DNA of 64,000 bases from Octopus sinensis (GCF_006345805.1 NC_042998.1:73098001-73162000); one strand, 5' to 3'. Shown: positions 25,640 through 39,835, numbered from the stretch's first letter. The notes: generated by a model from the sequence alone, not told the origin. Numbers and translations: made by a program.

Positions 25640-25919
25640 CTCTAAACGCACGTGATCCGAAAAGTTTGAAATTACAGTATTGAATTATCCTTCATTCCTC
25701 TAACAATCTCCGTAGAGGTAAGACAGGATTTCCCTATATTCACCGCCCGCAAATCTCTGCCTGTAGAAATTACGTGAAGATCTGCATATTGCAGATAGCT
25801 ATTTCTAGTAATAATCGCACATCGTGTACATCTGCTTCGTATGTTTATAGTTCTATATTTTATGGTACTTTATTCTTGCTGGATAGTTATATTGTTTTTA
25901 ATATTTATATTTCTTGCAA

Positions 25920-26302
25920 GGCGGTTAGCTAGCAGACACGTTAGCATGCCGGGCGAAATGCGTAGCCGTTACGTTCTGAGTTCAAATTCCGTCGAGGTCG
26001 ACTTTGCCTTTCATCCTTTCGGGGTCGATTAAATAAGTACCAGTTATGCACTGCGGTCGATATAATCAACTTAATCTGTCTGTCCTTGTTTGTCCTCTCT
26101 GTATTTAGCCCCTTGTGGGTAGTTAAGAAATAGGTATTTCGTCTGCCGTTACGTTCTGAGTTCAAATTCTGCCGAGGTCGACTTTACCTTTCATCCTTTC
26201 GGTGTCGATAAATTAGGCACCAGTTACGCACTGGAGTCGAGATAATTGACTGCTCCCCTCCCCGAAAATTTCGGGCTTTGTTCCTAGAGCAGAAAAGAAT
26301 AT
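25920..26302 (+). mobile_element. Dimeric tRNA-derived SINE family B
   Basis: GGCGGTTAGCTAGCAGA head. The GAGTTCAAATTC B box and the GGTCGACTTTGCCTTTCATCCTTTCGG core each occur twice. Confidence 0.9.
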
Positions 26303-26314
26303 TTATCTTTTTTG

Positions 26315-26351
<37 letters not shown>

Positions 26352-26965
26352 GCATATTCACATCTCTGGAATTGCGAAACGAAATTCATCGTGTGAAGGG
26401 AAAATTGAGTTCTGCTCGGTGAGTAGCATTTAAATGACAGTTTAAATTTCTGCCTTAATTTCCTTAGAGAAGAACTCAGTGACCACCAAGCAATATCGAT
26501 TAATTATTGTTTTAGTGATAAATGTTAGAAGAATTTTAGTTATAGTTCAAGAGTAACTCAATGTGTTCAGTCGTATACAATAAAGATACTGGAAACAAAG
26601 TTTATTGTTTTGAAATATAATGATTAGATTTTATGGACTGATACTGCTGATGTCCTGTTTTATTTCATTTTTTTACCAAACGCATGTTTTAAACTAGCTA
26701 CCTTTTATTCCTGTTTCAGGCTCTTTGTACTTCAGTACGTGGGAGTTATGTGTTGGTTTTTTTCAAGAATACACCTATGATAAAAGGAATCTGTTTCACT
26801 ATAAAATAGCTATTATATATTTTCGTTTTAGACAATGCTATTTTAGATTTATAAATATTAGGGGATTAGGTCTTTTGGAGCAGCCACTGATCTTTAATTG
26901 TCAAAAGAATCAAAGAACTAGCAGTTGGTGTGTTCACCAGTAAATAATATCTGTTAGCTTATGAA

Positions 26966-27370
26966 GGCGGTGAGCTGGCAGAATCGTTAGCACGCCGGGC
27001 GAAGTGCTTAGCGATATTTAGTCCTCCGCTACGTTCTGAGTTCAAATTCCGCCGAGGTCAACTTTGTCTTTCATCTTTTCGGGGTCGATTAAATAAGTAC
27101 TAGTTACGCACTGGGGTCGATATAATCGACTTAATTCCTTTGTCTGTCCTTGTTTGTCCTCTCTGTGTTTAGCCACTAGTGGGTAGTAAAGAAATAGAAA
27201 TAGGTATTTCGTCTGTCTTTATTTTCTGAATTCCAATTCCGCCGTGGTCGATTTTGCCTCTCATCCTTTCGTGGTTGATAAATTAAGTACCAGTTGTGTA
27301 CTGGGGTCAGTCTAATCGACTGGTTCCCTCCCCCCAAATTCCAGGCCTTGTGCCAAGAGTAGAAGATATA
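26966..27370 (+). mobile_element. Dimeric tRNA-derived SINE family B
   Basis: GGCGGTGAGCTGGCAGAATCGTTAGCAC head and duplicated core. The diverged TSD is 26947-26962 / 27368-27383 (14/16). Confidence 0.9.
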
Positions 27371-29546
27371 TCTTTTAGCATATATCTTGTTATCTGCTCA
27401 GTTTCCTGTAGATTATTAGAAATATAAGCTAAAACCTTCATTCCTCTACTGGCATGAAGCTATTATAATTCTATTTAAAATCATACAGTAATTATTTTCC
27501 GTATCAAGAAATCCTTACAACCGAACATCTAACAACTTTAATAATCAAGTAAATAAAATTTACATTCATTAACATCAGTAAACTACAATATTCTTAGGGC
27601 ATTTGATCAGAATTTTATTCAAAGACACCTCCTCATCACTAATTAGTACGTTTGTCTTAAGAAATTCATTCCTTTGAAGAAGACCGTTAAATATAACATC
27701 TCAAAGCTAAACAGCAACACAAGCTTGAATCTTAGGCACTGATTCTTGAAATAAAACCCCATAGGAGAAACTGAACGTAAAATGCAGTATTACAAAGATG
27801 CGTATTAATGGATAGCTTCTTTGTATACTGAAGGAAGCCATGATTGATCATACTTTCAAAGGTTACTTCCTAATAGCTCTTTTGGCTACTGGTGTCATAA
27901 AATTCGGATTTTATTGTTTCCTTTCAAGAGCATGAAACAAATAGAAAATCAGCATTTTAAATGAAATAACTTAATAAAGAGCTTAATCAACATAAAATGT
28001 TGAAGGATAACATAGAACATTAATTTTCGAAGTCGGTGGAACATATGAAATGATCGCGGAATATGCCCAAGGCCGCGAAAAGCCGCACGCTGTGACAAAT
28101 GCAAAACATACAATGATAGTACATATATCTACAAACTGTAATTACACAAAGTGACTTCTTTGTGTAATTTATATGTTTTACCTACAAGCACTCCTGAAAG
28201 CCAAGAGACATTGGGTGCTTTTTTTTTCACATATAGTTAACTCTCCAATTTCTTTTGGTTGCTTTGGTTATGAGAAGAGTGACAGTTGAGCATATAGAAT
28301 AATACAAAACTGGTGAGGCCATTGCAAGTTGAATTTCACACTTTTATGCCTAACAAATATAATGAACTATCGATAGGACTAATGGAAGAGAAATGTAGTT
28401 GCATTATTTTGATTGGAGATATATGCTTAAATATTGTGAAACATCCAAAGAGGAACTGATAAAGAAAATGCCTGCCACATAATAATTTAAGATGAAACTC
28501 CCTAAACTAAGAGGGAGATTTCTTGCACAGCCCAAACATTAAGATAAACACCGATACCTTCGGTGTTCGAAAATACTAGAAAAAATTAATATAGAGATAT
28601 TCCCATCTGTAGACCGGAGAGTGAGTCAATTTTTGTACTTATGATATTATTCATGTGTTTTAAATAATCTTTTATTTTTTCTGATCTTTAATATTTATCA
28701 GATATTTTTTTATGTTCATTATAAATCAATTAAAAAATTAATCGGAAAAAGTCAATATAGCCACAGACAATCAAACAAATAATTAACAAACAATTAAACA
28801 ACATCCGGTGACACAGACATTCTGAAGTTAAAATGATACAAAAACTGTCAGGCATATAACTGTTCAGAATATAAGCAACATGCAAAAGACAGATTGGTTA
28901 TTTGTAAAATAACCTAAAATATTGCAACAAACAAACTTAAAACGGAATATCGCGTCTATGTTGGAATCTTTCAATACTAAACGTGTCTAAAAGGGCTTGC
29001 ATTTAAATTTGATTGCACTATTACATAATTTGAGAAATGTTAAATGATTAGCCTCGAGGAGAACCAAGCCCATTCAATAGAGAAGATTTTCCCGTTTTAC
29101 TCCTTTTTTTTTAGTTATTGCTTGAGTTATTGTGTGGTATATCGATGTTTTCTGTACAAATATATGTCCTTTTAAAAGTCTACATACATTGATTTATATA
29201 CTTTATAAAGTTTCCCATCTTTCACTTTCAAACTCTACTCTACATTGAAACCTCTCATCAACGTTGCGAATTTTGTATCTCTTTAAGATTAATTCGATTC
29301 ATTATACCCACTTTATTTTATTTTTATTCTTAATTAATTAATTTTTTAAATTTTAATTATTTATACTTTTGTATAGTATGTATACCTTCTGTTTCTCTTG
29401 TATACTGTGTATGCTTCCAATACATTTATGTATATATATATATAATTTCTCTGATATCATTATATGAAAGCCACAATACTTGATGCTTTGTATTGTCCCC
29501 TTCAACCTTCGCCCTGGTGGATAAATAAAAGGTATCATCATCATCA

Positions 29547-29578
<32 letters not shown>

Positions 29579-29580
29579 TT

Positions 29581-30923
29581 ATCACTTACTTTACTGTGTG
29601 CCTTGGGTATGTGCCGTGGTTTGCCTTGATGCTCTCATTTCTACTGTATTGAAGGTGTTTTACAAAGGATTGGTGAGGTGCCTAGTAGTGCTATTTTTGG
29701 AATATTATATATAATTATTAGTCCTGGTGTTTTTGTTATGTATTTGTCCGAATAATGTTTTGTCATACCTAATGCGCCTGCTATAAAAGGAATTGTTTCT
29801 CTTTTAGACTCCACATTCGAGTTACCTCTACTTCCAGGATTTTGTACTTTGAAAGTTTCTCCTTTTCTTTTAGAGAAACATTGGCATCTGTTAATATTTA
29901 ATAATCAATTAGAAAGCGATTTTTTTTTTATTAGGGAATTCTGATAGCCGGCCTATTGGCCTTAATTTATCTGACTTTGTGCATTGGTATATTCCAGTAT
30001 AGTTGCTTTCTCGATTTTCTGTGACCTTTTCTGACGTGTGCCTATACCATCTCTTTTCTGCTGCTATTCCATAGTGTTGACATAACTTCCAGTGTTTATA
30101 GGTTCCATATCTGTCGTGTCTGAGAATATATTCCTTCTAAGCCAGGACTGATTAACCAGAGACAATATGATTTATTGTTTCTTCGCCATAACCACATACT
30201 CTGCAGTTACATCTTGTATTTGTTTTCATTATATGTTTTTGGTGGATTCTGGTGGGAAGGCTTTGATCTTGTGCTGCAATTAAAAAAATCCTTCAGTCTC
30301 TGCTTTAAGTCATTGTTGGGATTTTGCTTCGTGGGATTTTGCTCTTCTGTTAAGCTTACCTCAATATTTACCTTGTCTTCGTTTTATCATGATCCGCTGC
30401 TGTTCCAGCTTTTGTTTGCATTTCAGTTGTGTTACATCTTTTGTTGTTTCTTCTTTTTTCTTAATACCTGTTACGTATTATGAGTTCTTTTTTGTATTTG
30501 TTAGCTTCCTTAAATACAGAAGACACTTTTTCTTTTGTTCGCGTTTTGTGGCTATTTGCATCAGATTGCTTTGCTTCTGAAATTTCTATAATCCTTTGGT
30601 GGTTATTTTGTAATAATTGTCTAGCTGTGTAAGGCCTCCACCACCTTCGATATGTTACATATATAATCTTTTTATGACTGATTTTGGGCGGTGCATCCTA
30701 AATCCTGCCATTAATTTTTCTTGTTTTCCTTCTTTTCTTATCTTCTCTTTCATTTGTATGTGCTGTATCGTATCTAGTTTATTGATTCCTAAGTATTTAT
30801 ATGTCATGTCTGGCTTTGGTCTAATTCTGTTTATTTCACTTGCTTTATCTACTGTGATGTTACTCTTAACTAGTTTTCCTCTTTTTAAAGTTGCTTTGGC
30901 ACATTTTTCTAAGACAAATTTCA

Positions 30924-30925
<2 letters not shown>
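29581..30925 (-). mobile_element. 5'-truncated, decayed R4/Dong-type LINE (RT end, CCHC knuckle, RLE endonuclease, 3' UTR), copy 1
   Basis: MKFVLEKCAKATLKRGKLV...YKYLGI, LKAETEG, AAQDQSL, CRVCGYGEETINHIVSG and LRHDR motifs, with stops. Flanked by (TAT)n. Confidence 0.85.
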
Positions 30926-30964
<39 letters not shown>

Positions 30965-30970
30965 TATTTT

Positions 30971-32313
30971 ATCACTTACTTTACTGTGTGCCTTGGGTAT
31001 GTGCCGTGGTTTGCCTTGATGCTCTCATTTCTACTGTATTGAAGGTGTTTTACAAAGGATTGGTGAGGTGCCTAGTAGTGCTATTTTTGGAATATTATAT
31101 ATAATTATTAGTCCTGGTGTTTTTGTTATGTATTTGTCCGAATAATGTTTTGTCATACCTAATGCGCCTGCTATAAAAGGAATTGTTTCTCTTTTAGACT
31201 CCACATTCGAGTTACCTCTACTTCCAGGATTTTGTACTTTGAAAGTTTCTCCTTTTCTTTTAGAGAAACATTGGCATCTGTTAATATTTAATAATCAATT
31301 AGAAAGCGATTTTTTTTTTATTAGGGAATTCTGATAGCCGGCCTATTGGCCTTAATTTATCTGACTTTGTGCATTGGTATATTCCAGTATAGTTGCTTTC
31401 TCGATTTTCTGTGACCTTTTCTGACGTGTGCCTATACCATCTCTTTTCTGCTGCTATTCCATAGTGTTGACATAACTTCCAGTGTTTATAGGTTCCATAT
31501 CTGTCGTGTCTGAGAATATATTCCTTCTAAGCCAGGACTGATTAACCAGAGACAATATGATTTATTGTTTCTTCGCCATAACCACATACTCTGCAGTTAC
31601 ATCTTGTATTTGTTTTCATTATATGTTTTTGGTGGATTCTGGTGGGAAGGCTTTGATCTTGTGCTGCAATTAAAAAAATCCTTCAGTCTCTGCTTTAAGT
31701 CATTGTTGGGATTTTGCTTCGTGGGATTTTGCTCTTCTGTTAAGCTTACCTCAATATTTACCTTGTCTTCGTTTTATCATGATCCGCTGCTGTTCCAGCT
31801 TTTGTTTGCATTTCAGTTGTGTTACATCTTTTGTTGTTTCTTCTTTTTTCTTAATACCTGTTACGTATTATGAGTTCTTTTTTGTATTTGTTAGCTTCCT
31901 TAAATACAGAAGACACTTTTTCTTTTGTTCGCGTTTTGTGGCTATTTGCATCAGATTGCTTTGCTTCTGAAATTTCTATAATCCTTTGGTGGTTATTTTG
32001 TAATAATTGTCTAGCTGTGTAAGGCCTCCACCACCTTCGATATGTTACATATATAATCTTTTTATGACTGATTTTGGGCGGTGCATCCTAAATCCTGCCA
32101 TTAATTTTTCTTGTTTTCCTTCTTTTCTTATCTTCTCTTTCATTTGTATGTGCTGTATCGTATCTAGTTTATTGATTCCTAAGTATTTATATGTCATGTC
32201 TGGCTTTGGTCTAATTCTGTTTATTTCACTTGCTTTATCTACTGTGATGTTACTCTTAACTAGTTTTCCTCTTTTTAAAGTTGCTTTGGCACATTTTTCT
32301 AAGACAAATTTCA

Positions 32314-32315
<2 letters not shown>
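30971..32315 (-). mobile_element. Second, apparently identical copy of the decayed R4/Dong LINE (tandem duplicate, period 1390)
   Basis: Four ORF pairs are offset by exactly 1390 nt with matching translations over the shared span, and the lines I compared were identical. Confidence 0.9.
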
Positions 32316-32374
<59 letters not shown>

Positions 32375-32621
32375 TTTGAAGAAGTCACATAATATCTAAC
32401 ATTGCGATGTACACTGAAGATATTGTATGTACTGTGTATTTGTGTTGCATTTTACGCTACACGTACCTCAGACAGGCAGCACTTTAAGTAGTATGTGTCC
32501 TTTCCGCAGTTCAGTCGATTTTTCCAATACATCAGGACTGTAGGGTATTTCTAGTGTTCAGATATTTCTCGGGTTGACTAATATTGAACTCTTTACTCTT
32601 AATAATTACTGATTTGTTCAA

Positions 32622-32940
32622 GGCAGTGAGCTGGCAGAACCGTTAACATACAGTGCAAACTGTTTAGCAGCATTTCGTTCGTCTTTGCCTTCTGAGTTGA
32701 ACTACCCACCATGGTCGACATAGCCTTTCATCCCTTTGGGGGTCGATAAAAGAAGTATCACTTGTGCACGGGTGGGGTGGGGGTGGGGTTGACGTAATTG
32801 GCTCACTCCCTCCTGTTGACGTTCCTGATTTTGTACCCAACTTGAATTCTTTTGTTCAAGGCGACGAACTAGCAGCACCATTAACAGGCCTGGCATAATG
32901 CTTAGCGGAATTTCGTCCTTCTTTACGTTTTAATTTCAAA
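32622..32940 (+). mobile_element. Decayed SINE family B (monomer plus start of a second head)
   Basis: ggcagtgagctggcagaaccgtta...gcctttcatccctttgggggtcgataaaa, then aaggcgacgaactagcag...atgcttagcggaatttcg. Confidence 0.6.
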
Positions 32941-33364
32941 TTAATTCATTAACATTATTTAAGTATTTTTCAATCTAGGCAATGTCTTTTGTAAATAATT
33001 CTAATTCACTCATTTAGAGGTGCTGGTATATATAGTATAGGTAGCATCTATAATCGATGGCGTTTTTTTGAAAAGCTTTATTAATGGCATTATTATTATT
33101 GGTCTCTTTAAGTAAGCTGCGTTCCTAATTCGAGAAAATACCGAGATTGGGCATCTGACACATACCGGTTGTTGGATTACGCTGCTGTCAGACACTCAGT
33201 GTCAACTTTCAGTCGATAACTGCACTTGGTGTAAGTTCTAGGTTCACCATATATAATAATTTATGGTAGGTAACATCGATATCGTTCTTAGGAAAACTCT
33301 AAGCGTCGACGAGAACCAAAAAGCTTGAGTGTTTCGGAGGAATATCGTGTCAGTGACTTCTAAG

Positions 33365-33735
33365 GATACTTTCCAAAAATTCCTGACCTGGCAGAGCTAA
33401 TAAGGTGCAGTACGAGTTCGAGATAAAATCTACAGGCACGGCAGTCCCTTCAAGTAAGACGATCTGAGATACGTGCATTGCAAATAAATCACACTCCACC
33501 CATTGATGCATGTCCGAGGAATGCTGACGTATGAAGTTATATTGAACAGCTGTTTCTGTGTTTTGGATAAATCCGTCTACCGCTCGACTCCATTGTGAGA
33601 ATCATTACACTACCCGCCTTTAACCGAGTGAGGGAAGGGTTGTTCTTTTGTGTAATGCTATGACGAAAGAAGGTTGCATAGTGAAAAAGGCTGAAAAGAT
33701 TGAAGGCAGATAACTTCCGCTTAGGTCAATCTCTT
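33365..33735 (-). mobile_element. Decayed mariner right end
   Basis: gtcccttcaagta is the reverse complement of a YFEGD-like C-terminus. A TIR-like gatactttccaaaaattcc is present. Confidence 0.5.
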
Positions 33736-34125
33736 ATCGACTTTTCCAAATTCCACTTAGAAACGAACGTGAGTATCGAGATAGACGTGCTTACCCCACC
33801 TCACACCAAAATTTTCTTAAATGTGCTTGATTGTGACAAAAGGTGAACGTGCATAGGCCTCACTTTAAGCATGCACCTGTAGATTGTACATGGCAGTTAT
33901 GTGAGGGCTTGTTCTCTTGATGGTCATTGTGACCTTGATTGATCATGCTAAGAGTTTGCCTTGTATCAAGAGGACTGCATCATATCTGCGCTCTCATATT
34001 TTGAGTATTATGTATACTTTTATCTCAAACCCACATCCTCTCTCTATCTATCCCTCGTCTTATCTTTTTATACAATTCCCACATATTGTAAACTCTCCTT
34101 GTAACGTCCTTCTTTTATAATACAA

Positions 34126-34159
<34 letters not shown>

Positions 34160-35439
34160 GTAGTAGTCTTCAAGAGAACGCTTTTCATATGTCTGATGCG
34201 TTCTCAAAGACATTCATTTCTTCGTAGCTAATTACTGAATGATAATGAGAGGAAATGCAAACGGCAGTCTCTCAGTACACAAAACTATTGCTAATAACCT
34301 TTTGAGCTATCTCCATAAAAATTAATCAGGAAATTGAAATCTGGCATTGATGCAAGTTTGGTGGTTGCTTATGACTGCCGGTTAATTACTGACCGATATC
34401 ATTGGAACATTCATTGATTTAAATGTACTAAAATAAATTACTAATGAGAGAAACAATTGTCATGTACCCAACTTCAGAAAATACTGGGAACTTTAAGAAT
34501 ATCTTACACTGAAATCTTCACAATTGTAAATGATGTCACCAGTGTTTTTAGTGGAGTTGTAGAGACTTATATACAGATATGAATAAGCATGAAAAGAAGC
34601 AGTAAGCAGGATTTTTTTTTCTTCACATGATGGTTTTGCAAACAAATGATATTGGTTCCCTGTTTGGGTAAAAAAAGAACGCGTATATATATATATCAAA
34701 CTAAAATTATTGGGCATTTTCTGTTACTGTGGAATAAATAAAGAGGTTAGGTAAAAGTATGCAAAAATAATCGTATATAAATACACACTCGCTCATATAT
34801 GTTCCCATGTAGTCCGCAGGGAAATGTTATATACGTGTTGCTGTAATTCTATACATTGTAATATGGAATGTGCACTGTGTGGTTTTCCTGAGAATGCTAG
34901 ATATTTTGTCAAATATAACCAATTTTCTGTCTTCGTGTAATATGTAAGAATCTACATTTCTAAGAATTATATTCTTGAGAGTGGTTAGAGTCTTGCATGT
35001 TGTTATATGTGTGTTGCTTAAACATAGTGGAAAATAAAGGGTGAAACAATATAAGAAACATCGTTATGAATTCAGTACAGGCAATATACAAATGTCATAA
35101 TATTGTAAGAACAGATATAAATATATATTCCCAATACTGACCAATACATGCATGTACAAATCAAATTTATTTTAGTTACTACACACACTGTTTAAAACTA
35201 TATATACTTAAAGGTAGTGAACTCTTTTAGCTAACGATCATTACTGAAACTCTTCAGGGCTAAATTACCTTGAATTTCTAACAGCCTCCGTCAATTTGTA
35301 GATTTCTATCCGGTAATGGCTACAAATCTTTTATACTTAGTTTATTGTGTTTTATACAATATTAAATTGAATCAAGTGTGGGTGAGTAGATGAAAGCTAC
35401 CTTTCTAATATGGAATGATAAATAAAATGTTAAAGAACA

Positions 35440-35717
35440 CCTTCGCTCATGAAGCACCATGGGAATGCTCCTAGAAAGTTAGGCTAAAGTCTGGGTAAAT
35501 TTGTTTATGGAAGACCAACAGTCGCCAATGCATACCGGCCTACCCTCTGAACGCCAAGGAAAGTCAAATGCTGATACAGCCTGGTATCAGCTAAGTGAAA
35601 TGGGGCAACGCGAAATAAATTATCTTTCTCAAGAACAAAACACACTGCTTCGTCCGGAATTCGTACTCACTACCTCATGATTGTGATCCCCACTCTTTAA
35701 TTACTGAAACATACGCC
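35440..35717 (-). mobile_element. Decayed tRNA-derived SINE (third family, C)
   Basis: The minus-strand head has a B-box-like GAATTCCGGACG after GGCGTATG...CAGTAATTAAAGAG. The tggggcaacgcgaaat and gaagaccaacagtcgcc blocks resemble cephalopod SINE bodies as I recall them. Confidence 0.5.
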
Positions 35718-37451
35718 ATTGTGTTATGAATGTCGTTAACGTATCTGAAATATCAAACGTAAATCGATACGAAAGTACGGTAAAGAAATCACAGTTAATA
35801 ATTACCATTGTAAACAAATAGGCATAACCTATTTGTTATAATAGGGATCCTATTAGAAATAACAGTACGAGGTTATCAAATATACATAATTTGTCAAAAT
35901 GTCGTTAATTTATCATAATTAAGTTGTCGTTGCTTGATTTAGATTTACGTTATTCTGTTAACGGTGCATATTAGGATGAAAATTAAAATTTCCATCGATG
36001 TAGAATAATGTGTGTGCGTGCGTGCGTGCATGTCTAGGTGTGTGGCTTTGTGTGTGTGCATGTCTGAGTGTGTATATGTGTATGAATGTATGTATGTATG
36101 TGTGTATGTATATGCGTACAGATGTATGTATATGGTGAATTCAATATAACACAGTCGCAGATTATAGATGAATCTTTGTCGATGAATATTCTGACCGACT
36201 CAGTTTAATTAAAGTACTATGCATAACGTACAAACCGATATATTTCAGTGAATTCCACAGAGCATGAGACAGCAAAATTCCTGATAGAGTCACTCCCTTT
36301 CAAATATTGAAGAAGTAATTGTATACAGTTTTTTTTAATTGATGATACTGAGTTCAGAAGCTAATAATAGAGTCAATGGACTTGCTTTTATGCACTTGAA
36401 AAGGCTATGTCTTTGTACAGTAGATTAAATTTGCCTGTATTTTCATACCAAGACTGCCAAACAATATTTCATCTGTTGACAAATTAGCAATCACCCCAAC
36501 AGAGTTTACTAACTTTCAGTTGTGAGCTCTTTGATAAGTTTTTTTCTTACTTCGATGTCTTGTAAGATAAATGATATGCCAACAGTTTATGTTTCCCAGA
36601 TAATTGATACACGCTGTTTGAAATTCAACGAAGATAAATAAAATTACGTCGTCTATAAAATTTATGTCAAAGTTTAATTGGCTTGGAATTTTCTTTTTAT
36701 GTTATCCAATTTTCTCATTGCATCAGGTCCAGAGTCTGTTAGTGTTGAGATTAAGGCTAATTAGCTTGGGTATTCTTTTCAAGGTTTCCCGCAAATCAAC
36801 AGTAATAAGCGCAAATACTACTTTTGTTTGTTTCTCATCAGTTGTATTTATAGGTTGATGAAGTACCAAAGGAGAGAGACAAACTTATAAGATAATTAGA
36901 TGTAGAACTGAAGAACACAATTTTTTTTCATTATATTTATAAACATCGTACAACGCATGGATTAAGATTTCCCTTTTACTCCACTAATTTCTTCTAGACT
37001 TCCTCAGAATCTAATTAAATTGATGTGTCAATTAAAAAATATATACACCAATAAATTTTTAAGAATCAAGATATTTTATGTGAATACTTCTTAAACTCCA
37101 GTAAGCGCTATATCTTGTTAGTATTAACCTCATTTGACATAAGTAATCTTTGCATCTCCCTGTATTTTGTAAACTTAAGTCACTTAGTAGCTGCCTACAC
37201 TTGACACTGCAATGTAAGTAATAAATTGCTTAGTAAGTAAATGTATCCTTCATGTTCTTAATCCCAAAGTAACGTTCCACTAATAATTGGTTAGAAAAGG
37301 ATAGTTAGATTTGTTTATATTTCATTTCAATGTAATTGTAACTATGACACTTGTAATTACACTATTTTTTACATTCAGTTGTATAGATGGGGTGGGGTGT
37401 ATAAACATGTGTACGTATATTTGTAAATGTATGTATATTTATATATGTATT

Positions 37452-37514
<63 letters not shown>

Positions 37515-37560
37515 TGTGTTTCTATATATGTTTCTATATATATAAACACGCATATATGTT

Positions 37561-37593
<33 letters not shown>

Positions 37594-39835
37594 ATGTGTG
37601 CTATATATGTTTCTATATATATATAAACGCGCATATATGTTTATGTATATATATATATATGCACGCAAAAATATAAACACGCGTATACTTATATACTCAC
37701 ACATGCACATAAACACATGTATATATGTGCGGTCCAATGCATGTACATACTTATACATACGTAGAGAAGCATATATGTGTGTGCGCGTATCATGTATGCG
37801 TATATATATGTATATAAACAATAAAACCAGTGAAAGAATAAATGAATCCCTCACGGAGAAAGCGATACTCACATATCCTCAGAATGAATCAAGGGTTGAC
37901 ATGTTTTCGATCTATGCAATCCCTTCATGACATGGGAGAGAAATTCAAATACCATGCTAGGAAGTATTGAGCTCTGTTATCTGATGATTACAGTATAAAG
38001 GGAATATATTTGTGTCACTTGTGATGTCACAGCCTCTATTATTATATTAATTGGTTGATATTCACATATATATATTCAATATACTTTTCATATTTTAGCG
38101 CAGTTATTGAATAATTTTCAATAGGTGTTCATACTTCGTTCTCATGACAAGACCGATTGATCTGCTAGAATATTTACAGTCGCAAAAAATACTTCGCAGT
38201 ATTTAATTACGGCTATTTAGTTATTCGCCCACATCATGCCCGATCCACGTTAAATTTCACCCTGAGGATCGATAAAATAAAAGACTAGTGAAGTATTGCG
38301 ATTCATGTACTTAACTTGGTACTTAACCTGGTACAATGTCTCTCAAAGATCCCACAAATTACATCAAATCTCTAACCTGAATATAAACAAAAGTATAACA
38401 GTCTCATTTCATATTATACTTCCCACTCTTTTATATAGTGTGACAATGCTTCTTATATAACTGTGATACTGCTTCTAAGAAAAAGGTTTATTTTAAAATA
38501 CAAACGAATCTATTTTATTTGTAGCCCTTGGAGTTTAAACAATAGCATACTTTTAGCTTCCTTCATTTGAATTTAAACACAAGGTATTTTGAACTAGGAA
38601 TTCTAATCCATTGACATTCATCAAATTATATCAGCTAATGATATTTCATATCAGATATATACAAGATGAATATCATTCATTTGTAATAATACATTTTGCA
38701 GTTTTTTTTCAACTGCTACATTAACAAGCATTGTAATAATCGATTTCTTTTATTTAACACTTAAATTATTCATTATTACTTTATGTTATTAATTTAGCAT
38801 ATTTAATAGAGCCTCCTAATACCAAATCAATTATATTCTAACAATCAAGGTTAGAAATTATTCTTTGATGTAAAGCAAATATTCTTTATTTTTGAAACAG
38901 AAAGATCAATTAAAAATTCAATATGATACTTGCAAAACAATATGGCTTCACAATTTACGGCAAAGAGCAGACCACCATTCACTGCTAAAGAATTAAAACA
39001 TTGTCATTTAAATATGCTGAAGAATCGCAGGAGCACTGCTGTGTCTGATCATTATTTGTTATCCGAAACTTTTACATATCAGGGTTGAAATAAAGTTTCA
39101 TTTAGCAATGAAGAAATAGATTGGATGATGTGCTTGATATTGATTTCCTTTGATGAATTGCTATGTACATGTTGTCAGGTCATACAATAAGAAAATCAGT
39201 ACTGAGACATGGGCGGAATTAAGAATTAAGAATTAATTAAGAATTAATTAAGAATTAAGAATTGAGAAAACAGAAGGTGGTCACCATAGAAACATGAATC
39301 TACAAACGTACCTGTCTGAGTTGTGTGCGCGCACGAGCGTGTGCGTGTGTTTTTGTATGTGTGTAGCTGTTTGTCAGCTTGTTTCTGCATTGGAGTGTAA
39401 GTGTATGTGTGTATCAGAGGAGACTACTGGTATTCAACCAGTATATGTGTGCGTATGTGTTTTTGAGTATATGTGTGCACGCGTGTGTTTGTGTGCGTAT
39501 GTGTGTATATATGGGCGCACATGTATGTTTGAAATAACCAACATTAGAGACAAGTTTTGATAGACACAGAAGATGTACCAAATCCAATTTAAACCATTGA
39601 TCCGACTCATGGCTGAGTTCTTAGTGTGGTGTAGCTATAAGAAGTAAACATCAATGTTGTTTAAAATTTAAGGCAGCTGTTTTAGTGGGATTCTAATTAC
39701 TTAAGCCAATCATGACACATATATAACCCACCATTATCAAGCAAAATTTTTAACTAGTGAGATATTAAACATCGATCCCGACAAAGCCAATATTTTCCAG
39801 CTAGTGTTGGGTATGCCCATTTGATAGAGTTCTAC

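Noticed and set aside
28547-28572. 8-bp hairpin AACACCGA/TCGGTGTT followed by CGAAA
   Set aside because: No CUGANGA-like core upstream and no stem I or III, so not called a hammerhead.
30175-32399. Hydrophobic plus-strand ORFs (102, 63, 141 and 130 aa)
   Set aside because: They are antisense frames of the A-rich R4/Dong LINE.
33018-33111. Longer exon from the better acceptor at 33017
   Set aside because: All three frames hit stops unless the T7 run is a sequencing error; only the shorter 33041 version is kept, as speculation.
36340-36870. Coding-like minus-strand stretch
   Set aside because: Multiple stops and no motif I can assign.
39216-39263. (AATTAAG)n short tandem repeat; also (ACATCAT)n near 43835-43866 and a 20-bp duplication at 3214-3255
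   Set aside because: Ordinary slippage products with no further structure.
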